64,000 nucleotides of DNA from the NCBI GenBank assembly GCA_965603825.1, contig CBFDEM010000054.1, positions 744,001 to 808,000 of the forward strand, in the 5' to 3' direction. The DNA is from Blepharisma stoltei ATCC 30299. Taxonomy: Eukaryota > Protista > Ciliophora. A model generated the notes under the pieces. The model was not told the DNA's origin. It was given only the letters and a program-made list of their open reading frames with translations, and ran no database searches. Shown here in pieces: positions 1 to 10,200 of this stretch. The position numbers and the translations under genes were made by a program. Position 1 is the stretch's first letter. Each line of letters begins with the position of its first letter.

Positions 1-564
1 ATAAGTGTCATAAGTCAGCTCAAGCGCACAAGTGTCAGATTTTTCTAGCCGACTCATAACTTGAGGAGATTCGAACCGCTTTACGATGATTTTGCTTTCG
101 ATTAAACTTGGTAGAGTCCCTGAAGATCCTATTCTTTGATCATCTTTTCCTTTAAAAGAGTCTAAATACTTAGATAACTTGCTATTAGCAGTGCTCAGCT
201 GTAAGCAAATGCTGTCAATATTTCCTTTTCTTTTTATTTTCTTCAGTGATCTTGATAAATTTTTTTCAAAAATTTCGTGCTTGGGGGATTTTGGGGACGG
301 GGATTGAAAAGGAGAAGGACTTTTGATTAAATTTGGTAAATTTATTTTACCTGAAGGGATTTGGGTGACAATCAATAATTTTCCTTTCTTTTTTGGTGCT
401 TCACTTTTTCTAGATGTAGGGCTCATTAGGCTCAGTTGAGCATTTTTCAAAGGTTGATGTATGCGGACTAGTCTTGATCGGTTTTTCTTAAATTTAGGTA
501 AGAGAAAGGTTTTAGTTTGTAGAAAAGGTGAGTCAAAGCTTTCTGTGTTCACTCCTATATCCAT
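1..564 (-). CDS. Hypothetical basic, Ser/Pro-rich protein (3' partial, runs off left edge)
   Basis: ATG at 564 (MDIGVNTESFDSPFLQTKTFLLPKF...) with an open frame to position 1; no recognisable domain. Confidence 0.65.
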   Translation of the reverse strand, partial: MDIGVNTESFDSPFLQTKTFLLPKFKKNRSRLVRIHQPLKNAQLSLMSPTSRKSEAPKKKGKLLIVTQIPSGKINLPNLIKSPSPFQSPSPKSPKHEIFEKNLSRSLKKIKRKGNIDSICLQLSTANSKLSKYLDSFKGKDDQRIGSSGTLPSLIESKIIVKRFESPQVMSRLEKSDTCALELTYDTY

Positions 565-845
565 TAATAAAAGCTATCTATTTAATTACTTTTATAGCAT
601 TATTAAAGTGCTGTCATCAAAGAAGTATTGAGCAAAAATCAAAATAATTAAAAATTATAATTTCATTGGATAAAATAAGGAATAAAGGATTTCTCAATTT
701 CTTTAATAATGATTAATTAATTAATTGTGCTGATTATAAAGCACCAATCTTGAATAAATGCCTTTAAATTAATACTCAATTTTACTAGCATTTCCAATTT
801 CATCTAATTTTGTATTATTTATGATAATACATTTATCATTATTTT

Positions 846-1223
846 CTACCCATTTAACGCATCTTCTTCACTCTTGCTTCTCATAACAGTCGGTCTCACC
901 ATTGCTCTTCCAATGCTTCCAATCCAAGTTTCCTTATCATTTGCATCTTGAGCGCTGAAAAAGAAAACCCTGTCCCTCGTATCAATTCTAAACGCGAAAT
1001 CTTTTTTGGTCTCTTCCTCAGCTGATTTTACAGTAGAACAGTCCGAAAGCCTGATTTTCTCAGTAGCTTTTTCTCTATATGCCTGCTGTTGCTTAAAGGA
1101 CACAAGATATCGGGGAGTCAAAACCATCCACCTTCTTCGCCATTCTTTGAGGAAGCGGCTGCGTTTTTCAATCCAGCCTTCTTTGATGATGGTATCGAAG
1201 TTTTCTGAGTCTTGTCTCTCCAT
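846..1223 (-). CDS. Single PH-domain protein
   Basis: IIKEGWIEKRS...WRRRWMVL...FFFSAQDANDKETWIGSI is the classic PH signature. Confidence 0.92.
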   Translation of the reverse strand: MERQDSENFDTIIKEGWIEKRSRFLKEWRRRWMVLTPRYLVSFKQQQAYREKATEKIRLSDCSTVKSAEEETKKDFAFRIDTRDRVFFFSAQDANDKETWIGSIGRAMVRPTVMRSKSEEDALNG

Positions 1224-1274
1224 TTATACTCCTATAGAAAATTATCAATGGGAAAAGCTATAAATATTTAGGAA

Positions 1275-1634
1275 ATGTTCTGGGGATGCTGCTTGAAACA
1301 AAATAAAGGGGAGGTTTTGGAAAGTAAAGGCAATGGGAGGATTTTGCATTTGTCACATGCAGTTTTGGATATGAATGGATGGAAAAGCAAGGAGTGGAAT
1401 ACAGTTTATCTGAGCTATGAAGGCAAAAAAGTGCCGATTGCAGAGCTAAATGAGACGCAGAATAGTGTTGATATTGATTTAATGATAAGCAGGACAAGTG
1501 CACCGCATTTTTCGCTGAAAGGGGCGTCTGATGTATATTTATTAGGGTATTTTGAGCCTAAAGAAGAGATTGAAGAGAAAAAACAGAAGAAAATTGTGAT
1601 TAGTGACGAAAGTGACAGTGAAGACTCAGACTAA
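1275..1634 (+). CDS. Stand-alone nucleoplasmin-like (NPL) histone-chaperone domain protein with acidic tail
   Basis: MFWG...LHLSHAVL...FSLKGASDVYLLGYF resembles the NPL domain of FKBP39/HD-tuins; ends SDESDSEDSD. Confidence 0.75.
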   Translation: MFWGCCLKQNKGEVLESKGNGRILHLSHAVLDMNGWKSKEWNTVYLSYEGKKVPIAELNETQNSVDIDLMISRTSAPHFSLKGASDVYLLGYFEPKEEIEEKKQKKIVISDESDSEDSD

Positions 1635-1715
1635 CCTTTTTATAAATAAGCACAAACTTAAAGCCTTTTCGCTAAAACTAAATAACCTTATCCAAAAATC
1701 AATATACTTTAATAA

Positions 1716-2375
1716 ATGGAGCCTGACAAAACCCATAAGAAAGAAACCCTCAGAGACATCGCCAGATCCCACTCCTCCACGGCCAGATCCCGCAAAAAGC
1801 CTGCCCCTTCCAAAAAAATCAAGCACCTGCTCAAAGACCCTATAAATGAAGAAAAAACTGACATTGTCGAAAAACTATTTAAAAATGCCAGAGAAAACAT
1901 CGCCAAGCTGGAAGAGTAAATTTTACGCAGAGAAAAGCAGCAGTCCAAGCCTAATAAAGCAACCCCTATAGCTCCACAAATAAAAATAGAAAACGGGAAA
2001 ATCGTTATTGATAAAGAAAAACTTGTAGACGCTTGTGCACAATCTAAAATTAGGCATGAAGATATGGAAATTGTAAGGGAAACTGGAAATTCGTTGAGGT
2101 CAAATAAAAGATTGCATAGTGAGAGGTGAAATCCTGATGAAACTGAAATGTTTTATACAGTAATAAATAAACAGGCTTTGCAATTGTTTGGGACTGATTT
2201 TGAGCTAATTGCGAATTTTATGAAAAAGAGGACGAGGAATCAGATTAAGTCGAAATTCAAAAAAGAGTCGAAAAATAACCCTGGGAGGGTGGATCATGCT
2301 ATTTGAAATCGCATCAATTTGACGAAAGAAGCATATGATGATTATATAAAAACACTGAAAATTGAATCTCATTAA
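1716..2375 (+). CDS. BDP1: TFIIIB subunit B''/Bdp1-like SANT protein (~209 aa; 2 introns, 2 TGA=Trp)
   Basis: After removing 1916-1930 and 2160-2174: APQIKIENGKIVID...ER(W=TGA 2127)NPDETEMFYTALQLFGTDFELIANFMKKRTRNQIKSKFKKE matches the Bdp1 SANT domain; TAA 2373-2375. Confidence 0.85.
1916..1930 (+). other. 15-nt spliceosomal intron
   Basis: GTAAATTTTACGCAG; contains in-frame TAA; removal joins the BDP1 frame. Confidence 0.85.
2160..2174 (+). other. 15-nt spliceosomal intron (stop-free)
   Basis: GTAATAAATAAACAG; removal restores the FYTALQLFG spacing of the SANT helix. Confidence 0.7.
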
Positions 2376-2987
2376 TTAATATTAGAATAAACTAAGCATT
2401 TAGTAGATAAATTATTTATGAATAGTTGTTTTCTGAAAGATTTTAAATGGAGTTTTTTATAATGTATTAAATTATTAAATAGATTTTCACTTTGTCTAGA
2501 TAAAATATTTTCCTAATATTGCCTAGGAAATTATTGATAGAGTTTTTCTGAAATCTACTAGAGATCTATCCATGCACAAGGGTACAATTTTAATAAAATT
2601 TGCTTTAAAGCTGTGCCGAATGCAAGATCAGCCAAATCTATGATTGAAACTTATCAACTGTAATAAGTTCTTTCACGAATTTTATAAATATTTGAGCCAA
2701 AAGAAACATTCAAAGGTTATTTTCGCCTTATATTTCTATAATTTTCACTTAGTTTTCTTATATTAATAACTATTTGATTTTAAGTTTTTGATTAAGCTTA
2801 TATGCTTCTTTTATACTGAAACTGCTAAATTTGATTCTGTAAGTATCTGTCTATAAATTCTTTGTGTCTCCAAGACAATCAGTCTCTTTATACACGATTA
2901 TAATCATATCTTTGACACAAAATGACTCTCCACTAAATTATATTTTATTTATTAGAATCAATTTTAATAATCCTTATTAGCTTAAGA

Positions 2988-4193
2988 TTAGGCAAATGCT
3001 GCTAAGACTAAAGCTGAGAGAGTGAAGAAAGCTGCTGAGCTATCATAGGCATCCTTAGCTGCTTTATAGGCTGCAACCACATTTTCTAGAACACAGTCTT
3101 CTGCGTTTACGACAGCTGGATAGTTATTAATAAGCAAGTAATAGTAAGTCCAAGCTTGAATGTTGCTCTTGTCCCACCATGCTTGCTGGCATAATGAGTC
3201 TAATCTTCCTTCAGTGTTGCATTTATTTATTCCAGAGCTTGAGAGCCACTTCTTTGTATATTTCAAGTAAGACTGGAAGTGGCTGTCACCAGGGCTGAGG
3301 TTGCAATAAGCGTCGCCAGCTTTATTGTTTCCACATTCGCACATATTCGTGAGTGATGCGCCTGAGATGCTGTCTTTTTTGGTTACACATTTAGCATCAT
3401 AGTTGCCTGTGCTTGTGCATTTCATTGGGACACTGTCGTCGCTCTTTACTGAATCAAGACACTTGTAGACTCCACCTACAGTTCCGCAGACGGTTGATTC
3501 ACAGAGAAGATTTTGGCCTACTGTGCCATCAACTTGAGTAATAGCGCAGGTCTGGACTTGGGTTCCTGCCTTGACTGAGAGTAATTCAACACATGTTCCG
3601 GTTGCTGCAGCAGCAGTCTTATCGCAGTATGCGTTGTTGACACAATCCGAATTACTTGTGCATTTGGTTGATCCTACTGTCAATTGGGCTACACAAGTGC
3701 CTGTAGTTGTGCCATCAGCTGTAACTACACTGCAGTATTGTCCTGCTGGGCACCATAAATCGTCTCTTACGCCGTTGGTAAGGCATGAATGGCCTGCCTG
3801 TGCAACACAAACGCTGCTGGTGCAAGCTGAAGCATAAGTGCTGACTGCGGTGCTATAGCAGTCGCTGACAACTGAGCAATATTCTCCGATTTTGGCCATG
3901 CCTACTGTTGCTGGATTGTTTACGCAAGTATAGTTGGCAGGTAGATTGCCTGGTGAGCAGTATGTTTTAGAGCTGCATGCTCCAGATTTAGAGTAGTAAG
4001 TGTTTGATGTAGTGTCGTAAAACACGCAGGTCTCTGAGGTGAAGGTTTGTTTCGAAGTCTTGCAGGTATATGGCGCACAAGTGGTTGCTTCGAGAGGCTC
4101 ATCTGTGAATAGGTAGGATTCTTGAGCAAGGCTCCCTGAAATTGAAGCCAGGATGACAGCTGCCAGCACCATACGATTGATGACCAGGACCAT
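2988..4193 (-). CDS. Cysteine-rich secreted, probably GPI-anchored surface protein
   Basis: N-terminal signal peptide, many Cys in CxxxxDCxxxxxC modules, C-terminal DSSA + hydrophobic tail; higher GC and TGG-only Trp codons. Confidence 0.85.
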   Translation of the reverse strand: MVLVINRMVLAAVILASISGSLAQESYLFTDEPLEATTCAPYTCKTSKQTFTSETCVFYDTTSNTYYSKSGACSSKTYCSPGNLPANYTCVNNPATVGMAKIGEYCSVVSDCYSTAVSTYASACTSSVCVAQAGHSCLTNGVRDDLWCPAGQYCSVVTADGTTTGTCVAQLTVGSTKCTSNSDCVNNAYCDKTAAAATGTCVELLSVKAGTQVQTCAITQVDGTVGQNLLCESTVCGTVGGVYKCLDSVKSDDSVPMKCTSTGNYDAKCVTKKDSISGASLTNMCECGNNKAGDAYCNLSPGDSHFQSYLKYTKKWLSSSGINKCNTEGRLDSLCQQAWWDKSNIQAWTYYYLLINNYPAVVNAEDCVLENVVAAYKAAKDAYDSSAAFFTLSALVLAAFA

Positions 4194-4909
4194 TTTTAAT
4201 TATTCAACACACATCAAATAGGGAAATTTTAGGATAAAATGCAAGACGACAGGATCAGTTTTATCTATCAATTTAGATAATTATAGGCTATTCATTTATT
4301 TGTTTCACCAGATGAATTAAGTCTTTATATTGAAGATAAAGAAAAAATTGTTTCCTTGATTAAAGGAATAGTCAGCTTTTGCCTTAAATAATCAGTTTTG
4401 AAGCATTGCAGCTTGAAAATTCTTATTCCTAGGCATTAACTCTGCAGTTGAAGATCTTTTTAAAGCCAAATTGTTGTGAGGTACCTAAAACCTTATTTAA
4501 CTACAATAAGTATTGAGCATATTTTTTGATGTCCACCAATTTACTTAGTTGTTTGAGCACAGGGCTCAATAGTCGGAAAACATTGAGATTGGTGCGCGAC
4601 ATTGGTGGAGAGGAATAAAATAAACAACATATAGAAATGTACGTAAAAGCAGTTGCATGATGCTGCTATTTAATTATTAGATATTAATTCGCCAATAGTG
4701 TCATATCAAAACTAAATCACATAAGAAAATAAACTAAGCTTAGTTATGCAAAAATTGTAGTTTTTAATTATGATGGGGAAAATTTTTCTTTAGAAGCTTA
4801 TAGAGGTTATATTAGAAATCAATAGAATTTCTAAGAAATATTTTTTATATACATAAGTCCTCAACTTCCACACTTTCTATAAGACTGACAGCGAAATCTC
4901 TATTAAAAT

Positions 4910-5941
4910 ATGGCATATCAATATCAAAACTTTACAGTGGAATCTGCTATAATGCAGTGCCACTATGAGCCTCAATGCAAGCCTTACATTGTCAACGAGC
5001 TTCACCAAGTCATAATGAAATACCCTAGCTTAAGTGCAAGGCCTACTCCTCTTATGATCAGCAATCAAAGCTTTACCTTCATTTGTCTAGATGGGACTTT
5101 GCCTATCCCGTTCAAGCAAAATTATTATAACATTCCAGTCCGCATTATTTATCCTAATCAATACCCTCATTATGCTCCGTTAGTCAGAGTTATTCCGTCA
5201 GCTGAAATGATTATTAAGCCCTCAGAATACATAGATGAGGATGGAAATGTAAAGCTGGACCTATTTAGGAGCTGAAGCTATCAGAGAAATACCTTTAACA
5301 TAATTGACGAGGTTGTTAGAGCCTTTTCTATCAAAATGCCAGTTTTCAAAAAATCAAACAACCCAAGCAATGTTTCTCCAGCGCAGCCAAATATAATCCC
5401 TCCTCAGCAGGCAAGCAGAATGGCACAGGAGCCTCAAAGCCAGAATCAGCAAGCTGGAGCTTTGTCTCAGACAACTATTCAAAAACTGAATGATACTTAT
5501 AGAAAAGTTATCAAAGAATTGACGACCGAGATCGACGAATTAAAAATCGAGAATGTGAATTTAGAAAAAATGAAAAACGAAATAGTCGCTGCAGGAAGCC
5601 AAACAAGCCAAGAATTTTCTAGCCATTTCAAAGAAGGACAAATCAGAGGAGAAATCAACAGAATCAATGACTGGATTATTGAAGCTAATAATTTTAGCAC
5701 TGAAAATTGGAAACCAGAGGATTACTTGGAGTTTAATAATGAATACGCAAATCAATACTTGCAGGCTAAAAGTGCAGAGCTTGCGTACGGGGAATTGATA
5801 AATAATATTGTTTCTGGGTTTAATTCGGGAGTCATTCAAGCTCAGGATATGGTGAAGTCTATTAAAGATTTGTCGACGAAACAGTTTATGGCAGCAAGAT
5901 TAAAGGAGAAAATTATGAAGGCTGGAGGAATTGCAGGATAA
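4910..5941 (+). CDS. TSG101: ESCRT-I subunit TSG101/Vps23 (~343 aa; TGA 5273-5275 = Trp)
   Basis: UEV domain (LDGTLPIPFKQNYYNIPVRIIYPNQYPHYAPLVRV...S-W-SY...MPVF), Pro/Gln linker, coiled coil and steadiness box (KDLSTKQFMAAR). Confidence 0.9.
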
Positions 5942-6398
5942 GAGAAAAGAAATTTATTAAAATAATTATAATCTTTTGATTTATATTGGGTTGGATGTTG
6001 AAGTTAAGTAATTAGATAGTGCCTAATAAGCTTAATTTTTATAAAAAATTGTAATAAATTGAAGTTATTTGTTAAGAATTTATTGAGCAAGAAACCTCAA
6101 TTGAGTATTTTATATTCTCAAAAAATTCTAATAAATAGTTTTCACTAAAACGTTATCAAGCAATATTCTAGATCCACTCAAATAAATAAAATTTTTCCCA
6201 TATTCTAATCTATGTCTACTTCACAATATTTTCCTCTCCAAATTACCCACAAATCTCATATTTAATTTTTCGCCAATCCTACAAACCAAAAAATCCTGAC
6301 CTCTCACCTTGTTTCCCTCTTATTTCCCATGCCCCAAATCTTCTAGAAATTTCTCTATCTTCTCTATCTCCCGTTTTTACCTTCCATAATCCATATTT

Positions 6399-6986
6399 AT
6401 GCAGGCCCAACAACGTGGAGTAGTAGAAGTACTCGCAGCAGTCAGACAACAGCTAGAAAAGCGTGGCGCTCGTGGCATTCGTGAGCTAGGTCGTACTTTT
6501 AGAGCCCTAGACTCTTTCGACGGCAACAAAAAGGTCGATCCTCAAGAGTTCGCCGTTGGTCTCAGAGAAAATGGGGTCGTTTTATCATCAGCTGAATGTT
6601 CAATCCTTTTCAGGTATTTTGACAAAGACGGTGATGGGAGTGTCAACTTTGACGAATTTCTGGTAGGGATAAGAGGCTCCCCTAACGCCAGAAGACAAGC
6701 GCTTATTGATAAAGCCTTTCTGAAATTCGACCGTGATGGCAACGGTTACATTGATGCCGCTGATCTAAGGGGTGTTTATAATTGCCAGTTCCATCCTAAG
6801 GTACAAAGAGGACAAATGACTGAAGACCAAGCCTTGACGGAATTTTTAAGCAGTTTTAATGACAGAAATAGAGATGGGAGAATAACGAAAGATGAATGGG
6901 ATGAATATTATGCAGCAGTTAGCTCGTCGATTGATAATGATGACCACTTTGTGCAGCTTATGAAGACAGCCTGGAGACTTGATTAA
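6399..6986 (+). CDS. Calcyphosin-like EF-hand protein
   Basis: RGARGIRELGRTFR, four EF loops, HPKV, YYAAVSSSIDNDDHF...AWRL are calcyphosin hallmarks. Confidence 0.92.
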   Translation: MQAQQRGVVEVLAAVRQQLEKRGARGIRELGRTFRALDSFDGNKKVDPQEFAVGLRENGVVLSSAECSILFRYFDKDGDGSVNFDEFLVGIRGSPNARRQALIDKAFLKFDRDGNGYIDAADLRGVYNCQFHPKVQRGQMTEDQALTEFLSSFNDRNRDGRITKDEWDEYYAAVSSSIDNDDHFVQLMKTAWRLD

Positions 6987-7441
6987 GAAAGTTTAATTCT
7001 TAAATTTCATTAACTAAATTATTGAAAGAAAGGTTTTAATCTTTTGATACTTTTAGTATAAGACATAATAGATTGTAAAAGTATTATATCGATCTAGATA
7101 AGTAAGGGTGTAGCTGGCTTAGGAGATATTAAGATTAAGTTTATATGAATATAACTGTCTTCGTTATTTTATCTCAGTTAAAAATGAAACCTTACCTAGT
7201 TATTTAAAATTTATTCTAATCTTCTGTGATTATGATATACAACCGACTTAATTGTTTATAAGTTCAAGCAAACTATTTTTTTCACACAAAAAATTATAAA
7301 CTATCTGAAGTTTAGCTAGCTTTAAATAAAAACTTATCATAAATATTGAGGGGCATATAGGAGACAGCACTTATCCAAGCAAACTGCTGATGTCATCAGA
7401 CAAAATCAATAATTTAAAATTTCCTTAAAATTTGTTTAACA

Positions 7442-8491
7442 ATGGAGAGTGATCACACCCTCGAGCGCAGCTACAAAATTAACGCGATGCAGGTTTTACA
7501 CCGAGAAATTTCACAGGTATAATCTCCACAGCTTGAAACCCAATCTTCTAACGCTTTTAAATCTTTAAAGCTTGAAAAAAATCGCCTAGAAAAACTGTCA
7601 TCAAAGCTTCAATTAATTAAGCAGCAAATTGAGCATTACACTCAAGAAATACACAGAGTATCAGAAGGAATAAAAGATGCAAATTGAAAATTCACTAAAG
7701 AAGTTTGCCATGATTTAAGCAAGATAAAGAATCCAAATCCTCTGATATCCAACATATGTGAAAAGTTTATGATTGTTTTAGATCAACAAGATAGATCCTG
7801 AAAAGCATTTTTACGTACAGTAAAACATTATAATCCGCTAAAAAGCTTAATGTGTAGTGTGAACCCAGAGATATTTAGCAAAGAGCTTATTGCTGATTTA
7901 ATGCCGATTTTAAAACATCAGCAATCAATACAGCAAAAATTGCATAAAACACATAAAAGTGTATCGGTTTTAGCTGAATGAATAAGCTATTCAGTCGAAT
8001 ATAAAATCAAAAAAGACACCTTTGCTTCCTACAAAAAGAAACTCCCCAGTATCGAAAAAAAGCTAAAATCTCAAGTCGAAATTATTGCAGAAATAAATGC
8101 ACTAATATTAACTCTTGAAGAACAAATTGCAGAAGCAAAACTAAGCATTGAGCAGTCTAAGCTCAACGAAGAAGACACAGAAGAGCATAAATCCAGCTTT
8201 GATTGAAGCTGAAGCACTACAAAAATTAACAACATAAGCTCAAAAATCCTAGACGAAAAGACCATTAATTTTGCCCCACTTCATAAAGGAACTGCTTCAG
8301 GCGGCATTTTAAGATCTTCTTTTCTAGAAAAGAAGAAATTACAAAGAGAGTTCCCAGATTTCAATTTGAAATCAGAAGAATTGTATGTTGAAAACCCTAA
8401 AAGTTTTAGCATTGACAAAGGGACGAATTTGGATTTGGAAGGGGCAAGCGAATTGCTTGGGTGTTATAGAAGCAGATTTTTCTGTTTTTAA
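7442..8491 (+). CDS. Coiled-coil protein containing a dynein stalk/microtubule-binding-domain-like module (~344 aa; absent from ORF track)
   Basis: ATG 7442, intron 7517-7531, five in-frame TGA, TAA 8489-8491; LSKIKNPNPLISNICEKFMIVL...SWKAF...SVSVLAEWISYSVEY lies between two coiled coils. Confidence 0.75.
7517..7531 (+). other. 15-nt spliceosomal intron
   Basis: CAG|GTATAATCTCCACAG|CTT; in-frame TAA; has C instead of the usual A at position 10. Confidence 0.75.
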
Positions 8492-8967
8492 TTAATATTA
8501 TTTGATAAATTACCAACAAGAATTCTAGTAAATATAATGCTCGCCTAAGATATAATATAAACTAGAATTTCAATTAACAAACTATTTTCTTAAAAGAATT
8601 CTGATTTAGGCCACAATGGATTGTGGCATTTTCTTTTTAGCTAAAATACATCCAAATCAAAGATTCTTTTACCACTCGTGAAAATGTGGACATTATTAGG
8701 AAAACTAAAGATTTCCTCAGGTTAAATTTATTAATCTAGCCTCTCTTATTCCCTCATCAGCCATCAGAATGTTATTTTCACATTCCATCAAATTCTCTCT
8801 ACACTCCCAGCTAGCCAATTCGCTGAACTTGCTCATCCTTTATTATAGAAATTCCTCAATCCCCACAATTCTCTATTTTGATTGCCCAAAAATTTCAATA
8901 AATCATAAAGCTACCTTTATTTTAACCATAAATTACGTTCTATTATTATCATACATTATATTAAGTA

Positions 8968-9567
8968 ATGAGTAATTTTGCAACTCAAAGCTTTTCAAAG
9001 CGATTGAGAAGCCAAATTCCATATTATCAGGCTACAAATAAGGAAATAATTGAAGATCTTAAGATGATGGACATCGATTTATCTTGTCCCGCTGAAACTT
9101 TCAATAATGATAATTTACCGAGGCCTCGCAAAAGACCGAGACTACCTGTCATAGACGATGTGCAGGAAGAAAATGACGCCATTGAAGGACTTTCAGCATT
9201 AATTTTGGTAAAAAATAAGACGAAAAAACCAATAGTCCCTGAACAAACTGAAAATAAAAAGGATTTAAAATTGCCACAACAGCCTAAAGAAGAAGCTAAA
9301 ACTCCAGCAGTGCAGATAAGGTATGATATCAGAGCACTGCAGATGGCTCAAATGCAGCAGTATTTACAATTAATGCAGTTTCAGCCTAATGCTTTTATGA
9401 ATACAGGTGATTGAAGAAATATGAATTTTCCAATGCAGTATCAACATAGAACGAACCAGAATTATGCATATAATGTCATGCTGAGCAGGAAATCTGGGAT
9501 TCATATAAAAATTGCCCATATGATATCTCACCATCAGAATCAGATGAATAGAAATAATGTGATCTAA
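8968..9567 (+). CDS. Hypothetical protein (~199 aa; TGA 9412-9414 = Trp), NLS-like RPRKRPR and Gln/Met-rich tail
   Basis: The listed ORF continues through TGA to TAA 9565-9567. Confidence 0.7.
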
Positions 9568-9679
9568 AAAATATTAAAATCTTAAAATAGTGTATTTTTT
9601 AAAAATAAGATTGTAGAAAATCCGAAAAATAAATTAAAAGTCCTAAAAATATTTTATTAGATTTTCAAGTTATGATAAT

Positions 9680-10141
9680 TTATATGTATTCTAATACCGG
9701 AACCCATGCAACAGTACTCAAGATAAATGAAAAAACAAACAATGTGACGTCACTTATAATTTCTATCAAAACTTCTATAAGCTTGGACAGTTTTTCTATG
9801 GTATGAACTGGAGGTAATGGAGTCAGCAAATAAAATGATATGACTGTAATCAATTTATAAGGCAAAAGTGCCGCTAAGAAAAATGACACAATATTATATC
9901 GATATCCAATAGCCGGTATATACCCCAATATGATTGACAAAATGATAATAATTGCATTCTTATAATTCGATGTTTTTTTCTACCTAAATCATACTTGATA
10001 AGCTTCCAAACTTTCAGCAATAATCAGTTTCTCCTTCACCGATAATTCTTGCTCTTTTTGGACTTCAACTTGGTCAGGGGTGACTCCAGCTCGAGCCAAG
10101 ACTTTGGCACGTCTTCTTTCTCTGACTTCTTTTGGGTCCAT
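9680..10141 (-). CDS. GET2/CAML-like ER tail-anchored protein insertase receptor (~148 aa)
   Basis: MDPKEVRERRRAKVLARAG N-terminal basic motif; intron 9980-9994; three hydrophobic segments, the last being EIISDVTLFVFSFIL. Confidence 0.65.
9980..9994 (-). other. 15-nt spliceosomal intron
   Basis: Minus strand GTATGATTTAGGTAG; in-frame TAG. Confidence 0.8.
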
Positions 10142-10200
10142 TTTATAAATTAATTTTAACTCAGTAATAGATAAAATATAAAGGAAAAGTTAATACCAGC

